Source of the DNA: Zygnema circumcarinatum SAG 698-1b
Taxonomy: Eukaryota; Plantae; Zygnematophyceae
DNA: 64,000 nt
Assembly (NCBI GenBank): GCA_037447605.1
Contig: CM074807.1
Coordinates: 3,048,327-3,112,326 of the forward strand
Reading direction: 5' to 3'
The stretch's first letter is position 1; the number at the start of each line of letters is the position of its first letter. The notes beneath the pieces were generated by a model, which worked only from the letters and a program-made list of their open reading frames with translations, did not search any database and was not told where the DNA came from. The position numbers and the translations under genes were made by a program. Shown in pieces: positions 51,501 to 64,000 of this stretch.

Positions 51501-54500
51501 GAGAATACAGATCCCAAGATGGAATTCTGCAGAACAAGACAAGTAAAGTGGACTTGTGGAAAGCTGATGCAAAATGTACTGTAATCATCAATGAACTTGT
51601 GAGCAGCTGTATGAGTGGGATGTCGGCAGGTGGAGGAGTTGGTGTTTCATCTCGTTTGCGACCCGGCGGGAGAAGTAGTGAAGGAGAGTTTGGAGACATT
51701 GGTGCCCGCACTGTTGGCTTGGTCGAAGGCCAAGCGTCACCCCCTTTCCCACTTTCTACGCGCTATTCTCAACCGAGTTCTGGCTAATGTACAGGTACGT
51801 AGTCTATCACAGTCGCCCATGCAGTGTATCAGTAATGGAAAGTGGAGTTGGTGTAGCAGATACTAAGTGTATCAGTAATGGAAAGTGGAGTTGGTGTAGC
51901 AGATAATAAGTGTATCTGTAATGGAAAGTGGAGTTGGTGTAGCAGATAATTAGTGTATCAGTAATGGAAAGTGGAGTTGGTGTAGCAAATAATAGGACTT
52001 ACAGATGGGTTAAAGACGATGTAATGGGAGTTATTCAAAGTCCGACTAGCTTCGCAGTATGTGTTGGTAGCTTTTGTATTGTAGAAGGAAAGTGGAGAAA
52101 GGGTTTAATTTAGATATGATGCAAAAGATGAGTCTTTGTCTGGTACATGGCATGCCTTTGTCACCCTTTGTTGCAAAGAAATGGTTGAACGAGTTGCAGG
52201 TCAATGTTCTTAAATATGAAACTGTTTGATGGTTTGTTGTACTCAATAACAAGGCGAAGCTTGGAAGTAAGATTCTAGAAGGGAGTCTGCAGCAGAATTC
52301 GAAGAGTATGATCTTTTAAGAACTGAAAGCGTTTTGCAAATTATAAGTTTGGTGGTCGATCGGTTTCAAATTTCAACCTGATGAGACTGGTTGCGAAAGG
52401 CACGTTGTTGTTCTCACTGAGAAAGTCAAGTGATGAGCAGTTTGAATCCTCGTCAGTGGATTCTTTGGTGGATACACGATGCTGAGGCTCTTAACCTCAT
52501 GCCAGGACTCGTCGTTATTTTAAAAATATCTGTTTTGTTGAAGTTTGCCCTACTTTTGCAGCTCTTGTGTCACATAACCGCTTCATTCAAATCACAAATT
52601 CATTTGTTGACAATCCCCTGACCGCCTCCTCTGCTGATTTCATTTCCCCCGCCCCCCTTCCTCTCCCTTTTTCCTTTCCCATTTTGCTATGCTTTGAGCA
52701 GCAAGCTGCACCAGCATCAGGGGTGGAAGGTTCACCTGAAGCCAATCTGCGCATTCTTGGAGAACGTCAACGGTGGAGTATTGATGTGCTCCTTCGTGTG
52801 CTGATAGAGCGATTGCCCGACATCCGGCATGCGGCGGTGAAGACATGCCCCGCAGCGGTGAAGGAGGAGGGGGGGGAGAACGGTATCGGCACAGATAGTA
52901 GTGAAGAAGGAGCTGCCTTTTTCAGTGAAGAGCTTCTTCAGCGATACGCAAGGTATTGTGGGATCACCCCTCCGTCTTGTTCTTTTGCTGGATACTGTCA
53001 TCGTTGATCCGTTGCTGCTCTGAAGGTAATGCGAAGCACTTGTCGATATGGATGCTGTGCTTGCACGCATTGCTTGTCTGATGTAGCTTCTTGATGTTAC
53101 TGTTGTGGGAATTGCCTAACGTGAAAGATTGAGCCTGTACAATGAGGAGTTGCAGTTCTGGAGGAGAATTGCATTGGCCAGCCTTGGATTGGTTGGCTGC
53201 GGACTGCATTCCAACTCTGCTGAAGGTGGCCTGCATGCTGCCTCCCCGGGAGGAGGCATTGCGACTCCGCTTATCACGAGTAAGGATCACTCTCTACAAT
53301 TTTCCATTGCTGGCTAACCATAAATTTTACATCGTGAAGATGTGCAACGGAGTTCTTTCTTTCGTAGTGGAACCTTCCTTTCCAAGAAGCGTCCACCCGT
53401 TATGCAAATGTCGCAATATATTTTTGCATTTGATCGTAGTGACGAAAATACTGGTCCAAACCAGGCAAAAGCAACCCATGGAGAATTCAAGTGATTTGAC
53501 TTAGAAGATAGGGATGGTTTGAAAAGGGATAAAAACAGAAAACGCAGGGGAAAGTGAACCTGAACTACTGAAATGTTCGATGTTAACATTTGGTATTTGT
53601 ATCGTGCAGCTTTTGCTCGCAATAAGCCAAGACTTTGGTCAGAGTTATGCAGCTTCCACACTGCTCCCATTGGTCTTGGCAGCTGCCGGGTATCCTCTAG
53701 ACACCACAGGAATTCCATCACATCTTGGAGCAAAAGCTGAGGGTGAGGAATCCCTAATCTCTGGTCCAAACATGGCTGCTAAATTTGTGATGCTCACAGC
53801 GTTTTACTTCCCACTTAGGGTTCTTAGGGTTTCTAGCATACCTTTTGAATGCTTTTGCAAGTCTTCCTCACAGTTACTGCGAATCTTTCACGACGTGTAA
53901 CCAAAACGTTGACGTTTCCAACCCATCCCACCATATTTTACTGGGAAAGGCTTCCCCTAGCAAATAGCTACAGCATTGTAATTGGCAGCAGTAGTTGTTC
54001 GAGAACGTGATCGTTGCTAGGCCAAAAAAGGAGCTGCAACTGAGTTAAGTGAAAGGGATGCAGAGCTGCAGCCCGCCGGCATTGTTGGCGAGAGATTGGC
54101 TCGTATGTGCGTGCTTCCTCTCTTGCTGGTCGGAGTTCTCGGAGCTCGCGGAATGAGAGAGAGAATGCTCGGAGAATATCTGCGCGAGCTTGTGCTCTCT
54201 ACATGTCTCCGTGCGGGGCCATGGAACGACCGGGATACGCCGGACCTCATTGATGCAGTGCGGTTTCTCTGGTATTCATCAATCATCTGACTTGCAATTT
54301 CATTCGCTGAAAGTCTATGAAGGCATATAGCGCAGACAGCAGAGTTGAAGTTATGATGGGTTCTTACAAGAATCATTTGTGGGCATGCATTAGCACAAAT
54401 GCTTGCTTGAATTTGATTGACAGACGATTGCAAAGTCTGGATGAATACGTCTGTTCTTTTGGGGATCGAAGATCAGGACCTATATAACGTGCTGTTTTGG

Positions 54501-56724
54501 AGAACTAATAGTGACCGTGCAGCACGCAGACAGAGCACCATGATGCTGTCCTCGGAGTTCTATGGGAACTTGTGGTCAACCCCACACCGTCAGTTCGTAT
54601 CACAGCGGCCGTGCTCTTTAGAGCCATGGTACGGCTTCTCTAAGATTTTTCCTATTGGATGTCTCAGACAGTGCTGTGAAGGCCCGTTTCTTTTCTGTAG
54701 AAACAGACACAGGCATACAGACTTTAAAGATCAGCAGAAGACAGTGTTGATAATAATATGGAGCCGAACCCTCGTGCCTTGGTGGTTGTTTTGATTGTTG
54801 TTTCGGGCGTACATCCTATGTCGGTTTTTAAGAAGAGATTGTGATTTGACTTTCTGTCATAACTTGATGAACAGCATTGAGCTTGTGAATGCTGATATGC
54901 AGTGAGAGCGGTGTGCTACAAATGTAACCTACCTCTGATAATCACAGTTTAGAAAGGAGAGTTTGCAGGCTGGTTATGTAGACGAGAAGCGCATGTCGCA
55001 GCAGGTGCTCCCTGCACTTGTCACGCTCGGCTCAGACCCTAACGTGGAAGTGAAATACAGCAGCATTGCTGCTCTGGGAGCTGTTGCCCTCCACTTCAAG
55101 GATGAAACGGTGCGTAAGAAGAACACTGCCTGTAATAGGGCGAAGCAGATAAGACACAGAATAGAATGCACAATGGACTCTGTGTGGCTCGTTATGGCAT
55201 CAAGTTGCTGGGATATGCCATTGTTTTGAAACGTGGTAGAACAAGGAGGAGGAAGCCTTTAGGACTGAACTGAGACATTGCTGGGTTTTCTAAAGACAAA
55301 AATGAGTGGGGACATACCGTGATTTTCCCCTAAGGCTGAAGCTGCTGCAAGATTTTCGAGGGGTTTCAGAGCATCATTAAGTTCATGCTTTGATTTCTCC
55401 CTCTTACGACTCGTTCGAATTCGTTGTGCAGATCGTGGAAAAGGTTCGTATTCAGATGGATTCGTATCTTGACGACGGCAGTCAGGAAGCTACTGTCGCA
55501 GTCATCCGAACGCTCACAGCGGCAGTTCCTGTCACTGTTCCAATCCTTCGTGATTATATCCTTACACAATCTTGAAACCCATGTCATGTTTGCCGATCCC
55601 CTTGCAGTCCTAGAGGTGGAAGGACATTCTGCCGAGTCTTGATAGAGCTTTTGTGACTTCTGAACACTGAGATGCCGTGGTTGTACTCTTGTGAATGTGC
55701 AAGTGCGCATTTGCTCTTGGAACATGTATCACTGCACCGAGTTTGTTTCTGGACGAACCTCCGACTGGTTGGTTTGGCTTCATGTAGTCGTCGCCAATTG
55801 AGAATGTTGAGCCAATTGAGCATCAGCCTGGTAGTCCTTGACCTTTGGTTTCTGCACATCTCCTGCAAAAGTTGGCAGCTCTTTCCTCCGCTCCGTTGGG
55901 GGGGTCGATGAGTCCGACTCGTCGGAAGGAATGGAAGGAAACTATTTGTGGAGCAATCCGTGCCTTAGACGCTACAGGTGCTCTCTTCATACTCTAATGT
56001 TCCTGTCCAATGTTTGTACCTATGACTACTGAACATCAGCTGTAGTGCAGGAAAAGTTGCTAGTCTACTTGATTCCTGCCTCTTTCTTTGTGCATTAGCT
56101 TGGTTGCAAGAGTGGTTGTCCTGGGAAGTCTTTGTCTTGTTCGCAAGGAAATTCGAAGATTTGTCTAAGGCAGGCTGAACTTCCTTCTGCCTTTGTATGA
56201 TAATCCGGGCCAATCTCATAAGCCTCTTGTAGAAAGGTCCTTTCCAGCAGTTTCTTGTGTTTGCTCAAGTCATACTTCTTGCAGAATTTGCTGCTTATTA
56301 GTTTAGAAACACAGACAGGCTTGCATACTTCAAGACCGTCATTCAGGACCTTCTCTTGGATTGGGGGCCATTGTGGAGCTCAGATATGTCGACGAGCAGT
56401 GTGCAAACCTACTTCCTCCCTGTGGTCCAACTGCTGCTGAAGGAGCCGGAACTGCTGCAGCCTTCCAGCAAGGAAGCTCTGGAAGTCATACTGAGGGAAA
56501 GAGGGGGTCTCCTTGTTCTTGGAAAGGCCATGAGCAAGAGCTTGTTTGGGGATGGGGGTCTCTTTGTGAAGAGAGACACTGCAAGCGGAGATGGGGCAGC
56601 CGATTCCAAAGGGAGCAGTCAGGGACAGGTGGCAGAGAGCGAGTTTGCACGCATCATGCGGACCAAGTATAACGAAATGCTAAGGGGAAAAACGCCAGGA
56701 AATAAGCAGCTATCAAACAGCTAA
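45573..56724 (+). CDS. RELCH: LisH and HEAT-repeat protein, RELCH/KIAA1468-like, ~18 exons
   Basis: VVSFLLQEDYVLTAFELLHEFLEDG, SEYELRLAREDI, RRDLNCAVKEYLV, LPKIVPNVLINHREELLPL, LFNLIKKPDEEQRRVIMDAC, ELLPQCWEQINH and AIRALDATD...KEALEVILRERGG match the plant homologue. Confidence 0.92.
51823..51994 (+). repeat. 43-bp minisatellite x4 in a RELCH intron
   Basis: Unit AGTGTATCAGTAATGGAAAGTGGAGTTGGTGTAGCAGATAMTA starts at 51823, 51866, 51909 and 51952. Confidence 0.92.
55556..55857 (+). other. U12-type AT-AC intron in RELCH
   Basis: 5' ss ATATCCTT, branch site TCCTTGAC at 55835-55842, 3' AC at 55856-55857. Removal restores ILRD-Y-LLQKLAALSSAP...AIRALDAT. Confidence 0.88.
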
Positions 56725-58301
56725 CATAGATTCATCCATCCATATGTAACCTTCCCTCCTCTTTATTCTATCTCAGTGGCAAGCCTCACTTTTTCAGTCT
56801 CTCTGGTTTGCGATAAGCTGCATGCGCTGCAGATTCCAGGAAGGCCTGGATTTGAAAAACTGGTGGTTTCAGAGTTGAGAGATGTGCTGGAAAGGTCAAA
56901 CCCGAGAGTGGATTGACTGGTTTTTTTTTTTTTTTTTTTTTTTTTTATGGCTCCATTTTTTGGCAAGTGCGCTCCTCATTCGAGTCTGCTGTGGAGTGAA
57001 GTCATAGAAAGACCATTTGATCCAACTTATTGATAATTTGTTTTACTTGTTCTTCTTTTTTCATATGGTCTTTTACCATATCCAAGTTGATTGAGGACAA
57101 TTTGAACAGACAGTCACAGGTCACCTGTCCGCAGGTCTTCTTACATTTTAAAAAACCCATATGTAAAAGGATAGAGGGAAATTTTGTGCAATCCTGAAAG
57201 GCTGCTCAAATCAAGGTTTTATTGGTTGTTGACAAAATACAAAACTGATTTTTTGATTCTTTAGAGTATGTGCGATGTCAGCAATTAAGTGAGAGAGTTG
57301 CCAGGTTTTGATACACGAGAATATACTCTATTATAGGCCATAACTACTTGTTTTCACACTCGTTTTTTTGTCAAAATTTTGCTTCTTCAGAGGGTCCATA
57401 TTGTGCTCTTGGTGGCACTCCATTGCCCATCGTGAGCAGTCTCGAGCAATTCTTTCCTTTTCTATATTTCTGTTGCCCACCTTTGTTTGCAGGAGAGAGG
57501 GGCCTGCAAACAAGCACACACCCACCACGAAGTAGTCCATTTTTTTTTTTTTTTTTTAGTATGTTTCTTGCAGAAAGAAACCCACGAAACTCCTTGTCAA
57601 TTGTATTCAAAAGGAAGGCATTATCAAAAAGAGAAAATGAAAGCAATTGTACCAAGCGATTTGATACTTGGGCCCTCTGCTCGCGAAAGAAGGCTCAAAG
57701 CCCCATCGTGAGATCACTGCCACTTCCATTCCTTGCTTCGCCTCAAAGCGCCTTCAGAGCTCGCGAAAGGAAAGGGAAAAAACGCAACCAAGGGGATGGG
57801 AGTATTTTTTTTATATGGAGGGAGTGAACGGGGGGGGAGTGCAAGGGACTGTCAGGGGAACGCCCTCCAGTAGGAGTGCGCCACGTGTCAAAACGTACAC
57901 ATGGCGACTTGCCATTGGACGATGATCGAGGAAGCCGGCAGTGGCAGCGAAGCTGACCGTCCACACTAAGGAATTCAGGAATTCCGAGGGGGAGGGTTGG
58001 GGCTCTGTGCTGAGGCCCTGAGGATAAATTTGTAAATTTTTTTGAGACTGGTGCTGTTATTCCATGGCGTTGGAGACGAGCTGCCGCGTGGCTCCTGCAA
58101 GAGGGGGCTGCTTGCTCTGCCTTTGGAGGCCTCCTTTTTGAGCGAAAGGTGTTCCAAATATGGTGCTTGCTGCTTGCTGTTTGTTCCGGGAGAGTGGGGG
58201 CCACTGCGTATGCCGGCGAGTAAGAGCAGCAGAAAAGTTCACTGAGGGCTGCTTACAGGCCTGATCTCGAAGCCATGGACAGGGAGTTGTAGGAGTATAC
58301 A

Positions 58302-61300
58302 ATGTCTTTCCCGGAAGGCAGGAAAGCAATAGATTTTTTTGGAGTGATGGCGTGCGAGGAGGACGAGACAGTGGACATTGAAAGCTTGGAGGAGCCAGTT
58401 ATTACGAACCCGTGCACTGAAGTAGAAGGCTCGCCTGTAACAGTCAAAGAGGAGACCCTTTTGCCTTCGCGATGCGTTAAGATTCCGCAACATGAATCTT
58501 ATTTGGAGGAAACACATCATTTAGACTTGAAGCTCTCGCTTATTTGCCACCGCGCGGGAGAACCATTGCAAGCTGTAGCTAATGCCGAATGTGCAGGCGG
58601 CCATTCCCATGGATTTGCTGAAACTGGAGCACAGAAGGACAGGACAGAGATGGTGGCTGACTTGCAGCGGCGTGAGGAGGAAGAAGTTTCAAACGATGAA
58701 CATTGCTGCTCCTTGTTGGGTAACGTTGGCATTTTTACGGAGGTGGCTGAGGGGCATTGCAACGAGCTGAACCAGCCTTGTGACTGTCAAGACCGGACCG
58801 CCTTTCTCGCAGCACGTTGCTCTGAGCTTGAGCAAAAGTTAGGGGACTTGCAGAGGCAACTCATGGGAAAGCAGGAAGTTCGTAAAGCGGACAACACTAC
58901 CTTTCAAAGCCAGACACAGGATCTGCTTCTCGCCGAGTGTGACGAAGGCCGGAAAGATGAGACTGCAAGGGGGGATTTAATGTTGTCTTCAGAGCATGGG
59001 GATTGCGGTGTTAAGACTACCGCTGATGCGGGGTATCGCGCGGATACTGAAGGAGTATCTTTCGTACCTTCTCCTTCAAAGCCCTCACTTTATTTTATGA
59101 CTAGTGTAGTCCTATCCTGTGCACGTGTGTTGAACGAAGAGCCCTGTGAGCCGGTGGATGAGAAAAGTGGTATGTACGCCCTCCAACAGCTTCTGGACGA
59201 GGCCTTTAGGTCGCACGCTTGGAAACGACTCCGAAAGGTAGAAGTTCAAACAGCTGTTGCTTTGTTGAAGGAATGGGCTCGTGCTTTAGAGCCCGCAGAC
59301 TCCTCTATGTGGTCACCAGGACGAGCTGACACTTTTGCCGAGGATGACAGGCAAAGGGAACCTAACAGGGTGCATGACGAGTTTACTGAAGAACCACAGA
59401 AATCTGAAAATTGTAATCATGACTCATCTATAAGGTACTCGTCCATGCAATAATTGAACACTTTTTTTCGACTTTCGTTCTGAAGTCTCCTTTTAACACC
59501 TGCAAGGTTATCTAGGATGGATAACCATGAGAAAGGCATTCCTTTACCAGACTTAACGCACTGCATGGATCTCGAAGTCGGTGGTGTTGTATGTTCGTGT
59601 TATGGAACAGTACCGCCAGAGGTGTGACCTTGCTGAATTCTCATTGCTTTATGACTATTACCGGTCCCTTAGGTCAAACGTTCTTCTGATGTTTTAGATG
59701 GGATATTCTGACAGGTTTAGGTGGTAGCATGATTTTTTAGCTAGTCATCTGTGTGTTTCGATTAGTCATAGTACCTTTTAATGTTCTTTGGTTGACTTCT
59801 TGTACATGCAGGCAAGACTCGACATTCGCTAAGGTGCACCAGTTGGAAGTTGATTCCGAGCAACAGATTGTGCCAGTGAAGGTTTTTTTGGATACGACTG
59901 CTGAAGGGAAGGGAGCACTGCCAGTTTGCGATGTGCTTGAAGTTTCCGTTACTAAAAGTGAAGGTGCAGAGCCTGTGCCCTTATCACCAAGTGCTGCTTT
60001 GAAGCAGTCGGGAACACTGTGTGAGAGTTTCAGTGAAAATCATAAAACCGATTTTACAGGCGAAGAGGGCTCAGCCATGCTTGTTGCAGGGACGAAAAGG
60101 AGCCGGCTTGAACTTGCGGGGTTGCCGCAGATTATGAAAAAGAAAGTAAAGTGTGAAGTTGTAGAATCTGAAAAGCAAGGAGAGTCTGTCGAGAGATTAC
60201 TTAAACCGTCCTTTCATGGTTCAGAAATTAATGGCAGACTTGAAAAGACAGATGATAATGGTGCAACAAAGGTTGATGAAAAGACGATTGGGACTTCCCT
60301 CGAGCTCATTGGGCAGAATCTTCATGAAGCTAAGCAGGAAGGTATTGTGCGCGGTTGCGAAAGAGAGGAAGAAGATTTTCTTGCACTCGAGGATGATGAT
60401 TCCATGGAAGTGGGTGATACTGATTCCGAACTTGCAAAAGAGTGGGAAAGCTGCCAAAAAGTTAGGCAGATTGATGCAAATTCGCAAGAGGAGTTAAACG
60501 TGGGGAAGGAAGGATCAGGGGAGGAGATGACGAAAGAGGTCTGCCTTACCAGTGATAATAAATTTGTGGACAAAAGGGTACTCCCGCAACATCAACTGGG
60601 AGAGATATGTCCCTTAGAGTTCTCGGATGTCTCCAATTCAGATATGGATCTGGATGATTCGCCAGACCGTTATGCAGGTGGAGCATCTTCAGGCAAATCA
60701 TTCACCAATCAAGAGTTCCTGGGAGGAGAAACCCTCACAGTGGATTTGGGGCATGAACAACATGAATGCAGCAAGAAGACTTGGGGAGTAACTTCGCTGA
60801 CTGTGAGTATAACCACTGGGTTTGTGGGCAATGCGGAGAGTAAAGGGAAGAAAGAAATGGAAAGGCAGGATACTGGTTTAGAGGAGGCGCAAGAGAAACA
60901 GCCAGGCCAGTTGGAGGTCAATCACCATGACCAATCAAATGTGGCTCTGAGTGAATCAACAGAGGTAGGAGGCAACGAGGGGCAGGCTGGTGTAATGGTG
61001 AAGTCCATGTATGTCAAGAAATCAAGATGGGAGAAGCCAGTCGTACCTCCTGTGCATCAGGGGTCAGCCAGTTATGGGAATACAATTCATGCGAGCATGG
61101 AAGGGCAAAGTTCAATTGGAGCAGAGCACTTCACAGGCGAGAGCACAGTAGGTACTGTGCAGCCTTTCGAGCAGCAGTTGAGGGGGCAACATGAGGACTT
61201 ACCTTCCTTTGATTTTGTCAACTTTATCAGGTGAGCCACCGAAATTTGGCACTAGCCCATTTTTAAAAAACATCGTCGGTGCTTGGGCTTTTTGGTGAGG

Positions 61301-63070
61301 TGGGATGGGATGCATGGGCTGACACATCAGCTAAACAATTCCTGGAACTTGATTGCGCTTGCAGCATATGTGTGAAGTGACAGGTGTTCAGTGGCTTTCT
61401 GGTTTGTTCTCTGTAACAGCAGTTGTACCTCTCCGACAAATTTATTTGGAGGTGAAACCCAGCCCCCAGGGCAGCCATGGCCTACCTGTGCGACATACCA
61501 CCTCAAGGTCAATCAAGATCAACCAGTGTCCTCAGTGGTCCAGCAGCATCGGAATGTACTTGCAGAAGGGAGGGAAATGCTGAAAAAGGGAAACCCATCA
61601 AAGAATGCTCAGAGGTCTCTTGAGACTGTGATGAACTCTGTGAGCACGACAAATGTTGGAAACAGCAAGCATGGTTGTGCTGAACGTATAGAAATAGCAG
61701 GTGGGAGAAACGAGACTTTGAATGAGGTTTCTAATTGCCAGTTGAATGGACGAGAGGGATCGACCACAGAGGGTGAGGAACAGAAGCCCTTCGGGTCTGA
61801 AGGGCAAGCGACAGATTTGATTGCAAGCAGCAATATCAATTCTGCAGGGGCTTGTGTAGAAACTGCAGGCAAAGCAACGGTCACTGACAAATGTAAGGAC
61901 AAGGTGAGAACGGAGGAAATGCATGCATCTAATGGACTTGACAGAGTCAGGAGTTTGAGGAATGCTGAAGCAGTACCTGCTTCAGACTTCGCTGTGCACA
62001 AACATAACGGGCTCCCTGAACGGGCAGGAACAAAACGTTCCGCAAATCTTGCAAGTGGAAGCAGAAGCAAGCATAACAACTCTGTGGGTAATTCTGGTGA
62101 TGGGGTTCAATGTCAACAAGAAGCTAAACCTGCAATATTGGGAAGCACAGGGAGCCTAAGTCCCATCGTCAAAACTGGCCAAGAAGGGATACAGGGTAAG
62201 GGAGAACGACTTGATGGAGGGAGGATTCACAATACCAGGACTGAACCCACAGCAGCCGAAGAAAAGGGGGTGGTGAAGATTTTGAAGAGGAAATCGGGAG
62301 AACCTGAAAGTGTTGAAAGTTTAAAATGTGGGGAAGATATGCGCAGGAACTTCACTAAGGAGGGGCATGATAAGCGAAATCAGGAAGGTCAACCTGCAAC
62401 AAAGAATGGTGGATCTGGGCACGTCTTTAAAGGAGAAAGAAGAGGCAAGTATGGAAAATCCATCCAGGAGATGGTTAGCGCAGTCATCATCTGTACGCGT
62501 GATATCAGGAAGGGAAAGGGAGAAAGGCACGATTTGGGAGAACAGGACCTCAACATTCAGGAAGCTCTTAAGAGCTTGCTGCATTCACGGGCGTGGGAAG
62601 GTTCGAAGGAGCGGAGTCCAAGCTTTGCCGATGTGGCAGACGGCCTGAAGGAGTGGGTTCTTCATTCAGTCACCACACGTGTTCCTCGTCGGCTGCAGGA
62701 AAATTTGGAGGCTTTGTATGGAATGAAGATCTACATTGCCATTGATGAGAATGAGACAGCTCCGTTGCTGCGCTTGCTGCGTGAATACATTGTAAAACAC
62801 GGAACCCATCTGATGCACAGCCCGGAAGTGTGGAGAAAGGTGTACCGCTCAGTCCTGCTGAATCAGGAGGGAAGCAGATTCCTGGAGGGGGCGGGGGGCC
62901 TGCAGAGTCCTGGTCTCTCAACTCGAGCTCCACGGACACGGGAGGGCTCTCTCTCTCCTGGGAGAGAGGGTGACAGAGGAGGTAGAAGTCTGTTACATAG
63001 AACGGGAAGGAGACCCCAAGGGACATATTCTGGAAATTCACAAGAAGATCCTCGTCTGCTTTTTCCTTAA
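58302..63070 (+). CDS. Large (~1400 aa) mostly disordered protein with two copies of an unassigned helical domain
   Basis: Long ORFs joined by phase-2 introns: 58302-~59435 | 59811-61231 | 61420/61423-63070. E/S/G/K-rich composition. No family recognised. Confidence 0.65.
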
Positions 63071-64000
63071 CGATTGTCGTTAGAGCTCTTTCTGTACCAA
63101 TTGGGAAGGTCGGTACCTTTGAAACCAGGCATTCACTTCACCCTCTTGTACGTTGAAACTTACGAATATATCCTACTTGGGACAAGGACATGGTGGGCGA
63201 GAGGAGGGAGGGGCTCTGCTCTACACTTCTAAGCATTCTCAGATAACTGAGCAAACGGCTTCTGTCAGAATCAGCAAAATTCTGTTACTTTTTTTTCTTC
63301 TTTTCCCGTCGTTTGTTTTTAAATTAGGGAGTAATGCCGTGAAGGTAATACCTGCATAGCTCAGAGCGCGTGGATTGTCACCATCGAAATGGATTTGTTT
63401 TTCTCTAGGAAGCATAGAAAAAGCTTTCTGCAGTTTGATGTGAAAGGGGCCAGTTGTTCATCGTGTGCTACTGGGCACTTTTTTAGTGGTACTTCGTAGA
63501 GCCACCTCCCTACCTTTGTAATGCGATGGCATGAGTCCAAAGCTCACCAGAGAAGCACCGAATATATGCCGAATGTGGTCAGATTTTAAAGGCCAACGAG
63601 CACTCCGCCTAAGACTGTCTCCCACATCACATCATTCAATTGCCCAACATGATTTCACCGTCGTGCACATCACTGCTCCTAGTACAAAAAACTTCCATCA
63701 GAAGCCCAATGTCATTCAGCCTCCTACACATTTGATCGCCCAACATCACTAATTCTTCCACATCACTTCACTTTATCTTAATGATCCTTTGGTCAGTCAG
63801 CCCTGCCGCACGGCCCAGGCCTGGGCTGACAAGGAGGGAAGGGAGAGTGGTGCTCTTTGAGGCCAATCGTGGCAGCAAGGGAGAGGTTCCCGGTGCTGCC
63901 ACGAGAGCCAAGCTGCCTACCGCTACCAGCCTGCCCTTAACCTCTCAAGCTGGGGTCTTTATGCAGGGGGGCGGCTCACGGCCTAACCACCTAAACAAGC

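Noticed and set aside
51823-51994. CRISPR-like array
   Set aside because: Units are contiguous with no unique spacers, the context is a eukaryotic intron, and no cas genes are present.

Overview
Eukaryotic nuclear DNA with spliceosomal introns and four N gaps. It is most likely a streptophyte alga or a hornwort. That is inference: plant-type PRA1.H, RAY1 and RELCH orthologues, a plant-style U1 gene and a minor-spliceosome intron occur together with an LCIB-family sequence, which among land plants is known from hornworts. The first ~12.7 kb is accessory. It holds decayed dispersed repeats, a MITE-like hairpin just upstream of a U1 snRNA gene, a spliced but disrupted LCIB/theta-carbonic-anhydrase-like pseudogene, and a 5.4-kb non-autonomous hAT element (TIRs plus 8-bp TSD) carrying a decayed Ty3/Gypsy retroelement. 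The rest is gene-rich: PRA1.H, SMARCAL1-like helicase, an unknown membrane-anchored acidic protein (-), RAY1 GT77 arabinofuranosyltransferase, a small EAR-motif protein, a SAM-domain protein with an unassigned C-terminal domain (-), RELCH (with a U12 AT-AC intron), and a large mostly disordered protein with a duplicated unassigned helical domain. All exon models were read by eye, without transcript or database support. Family assignments rest on remembered motifs.
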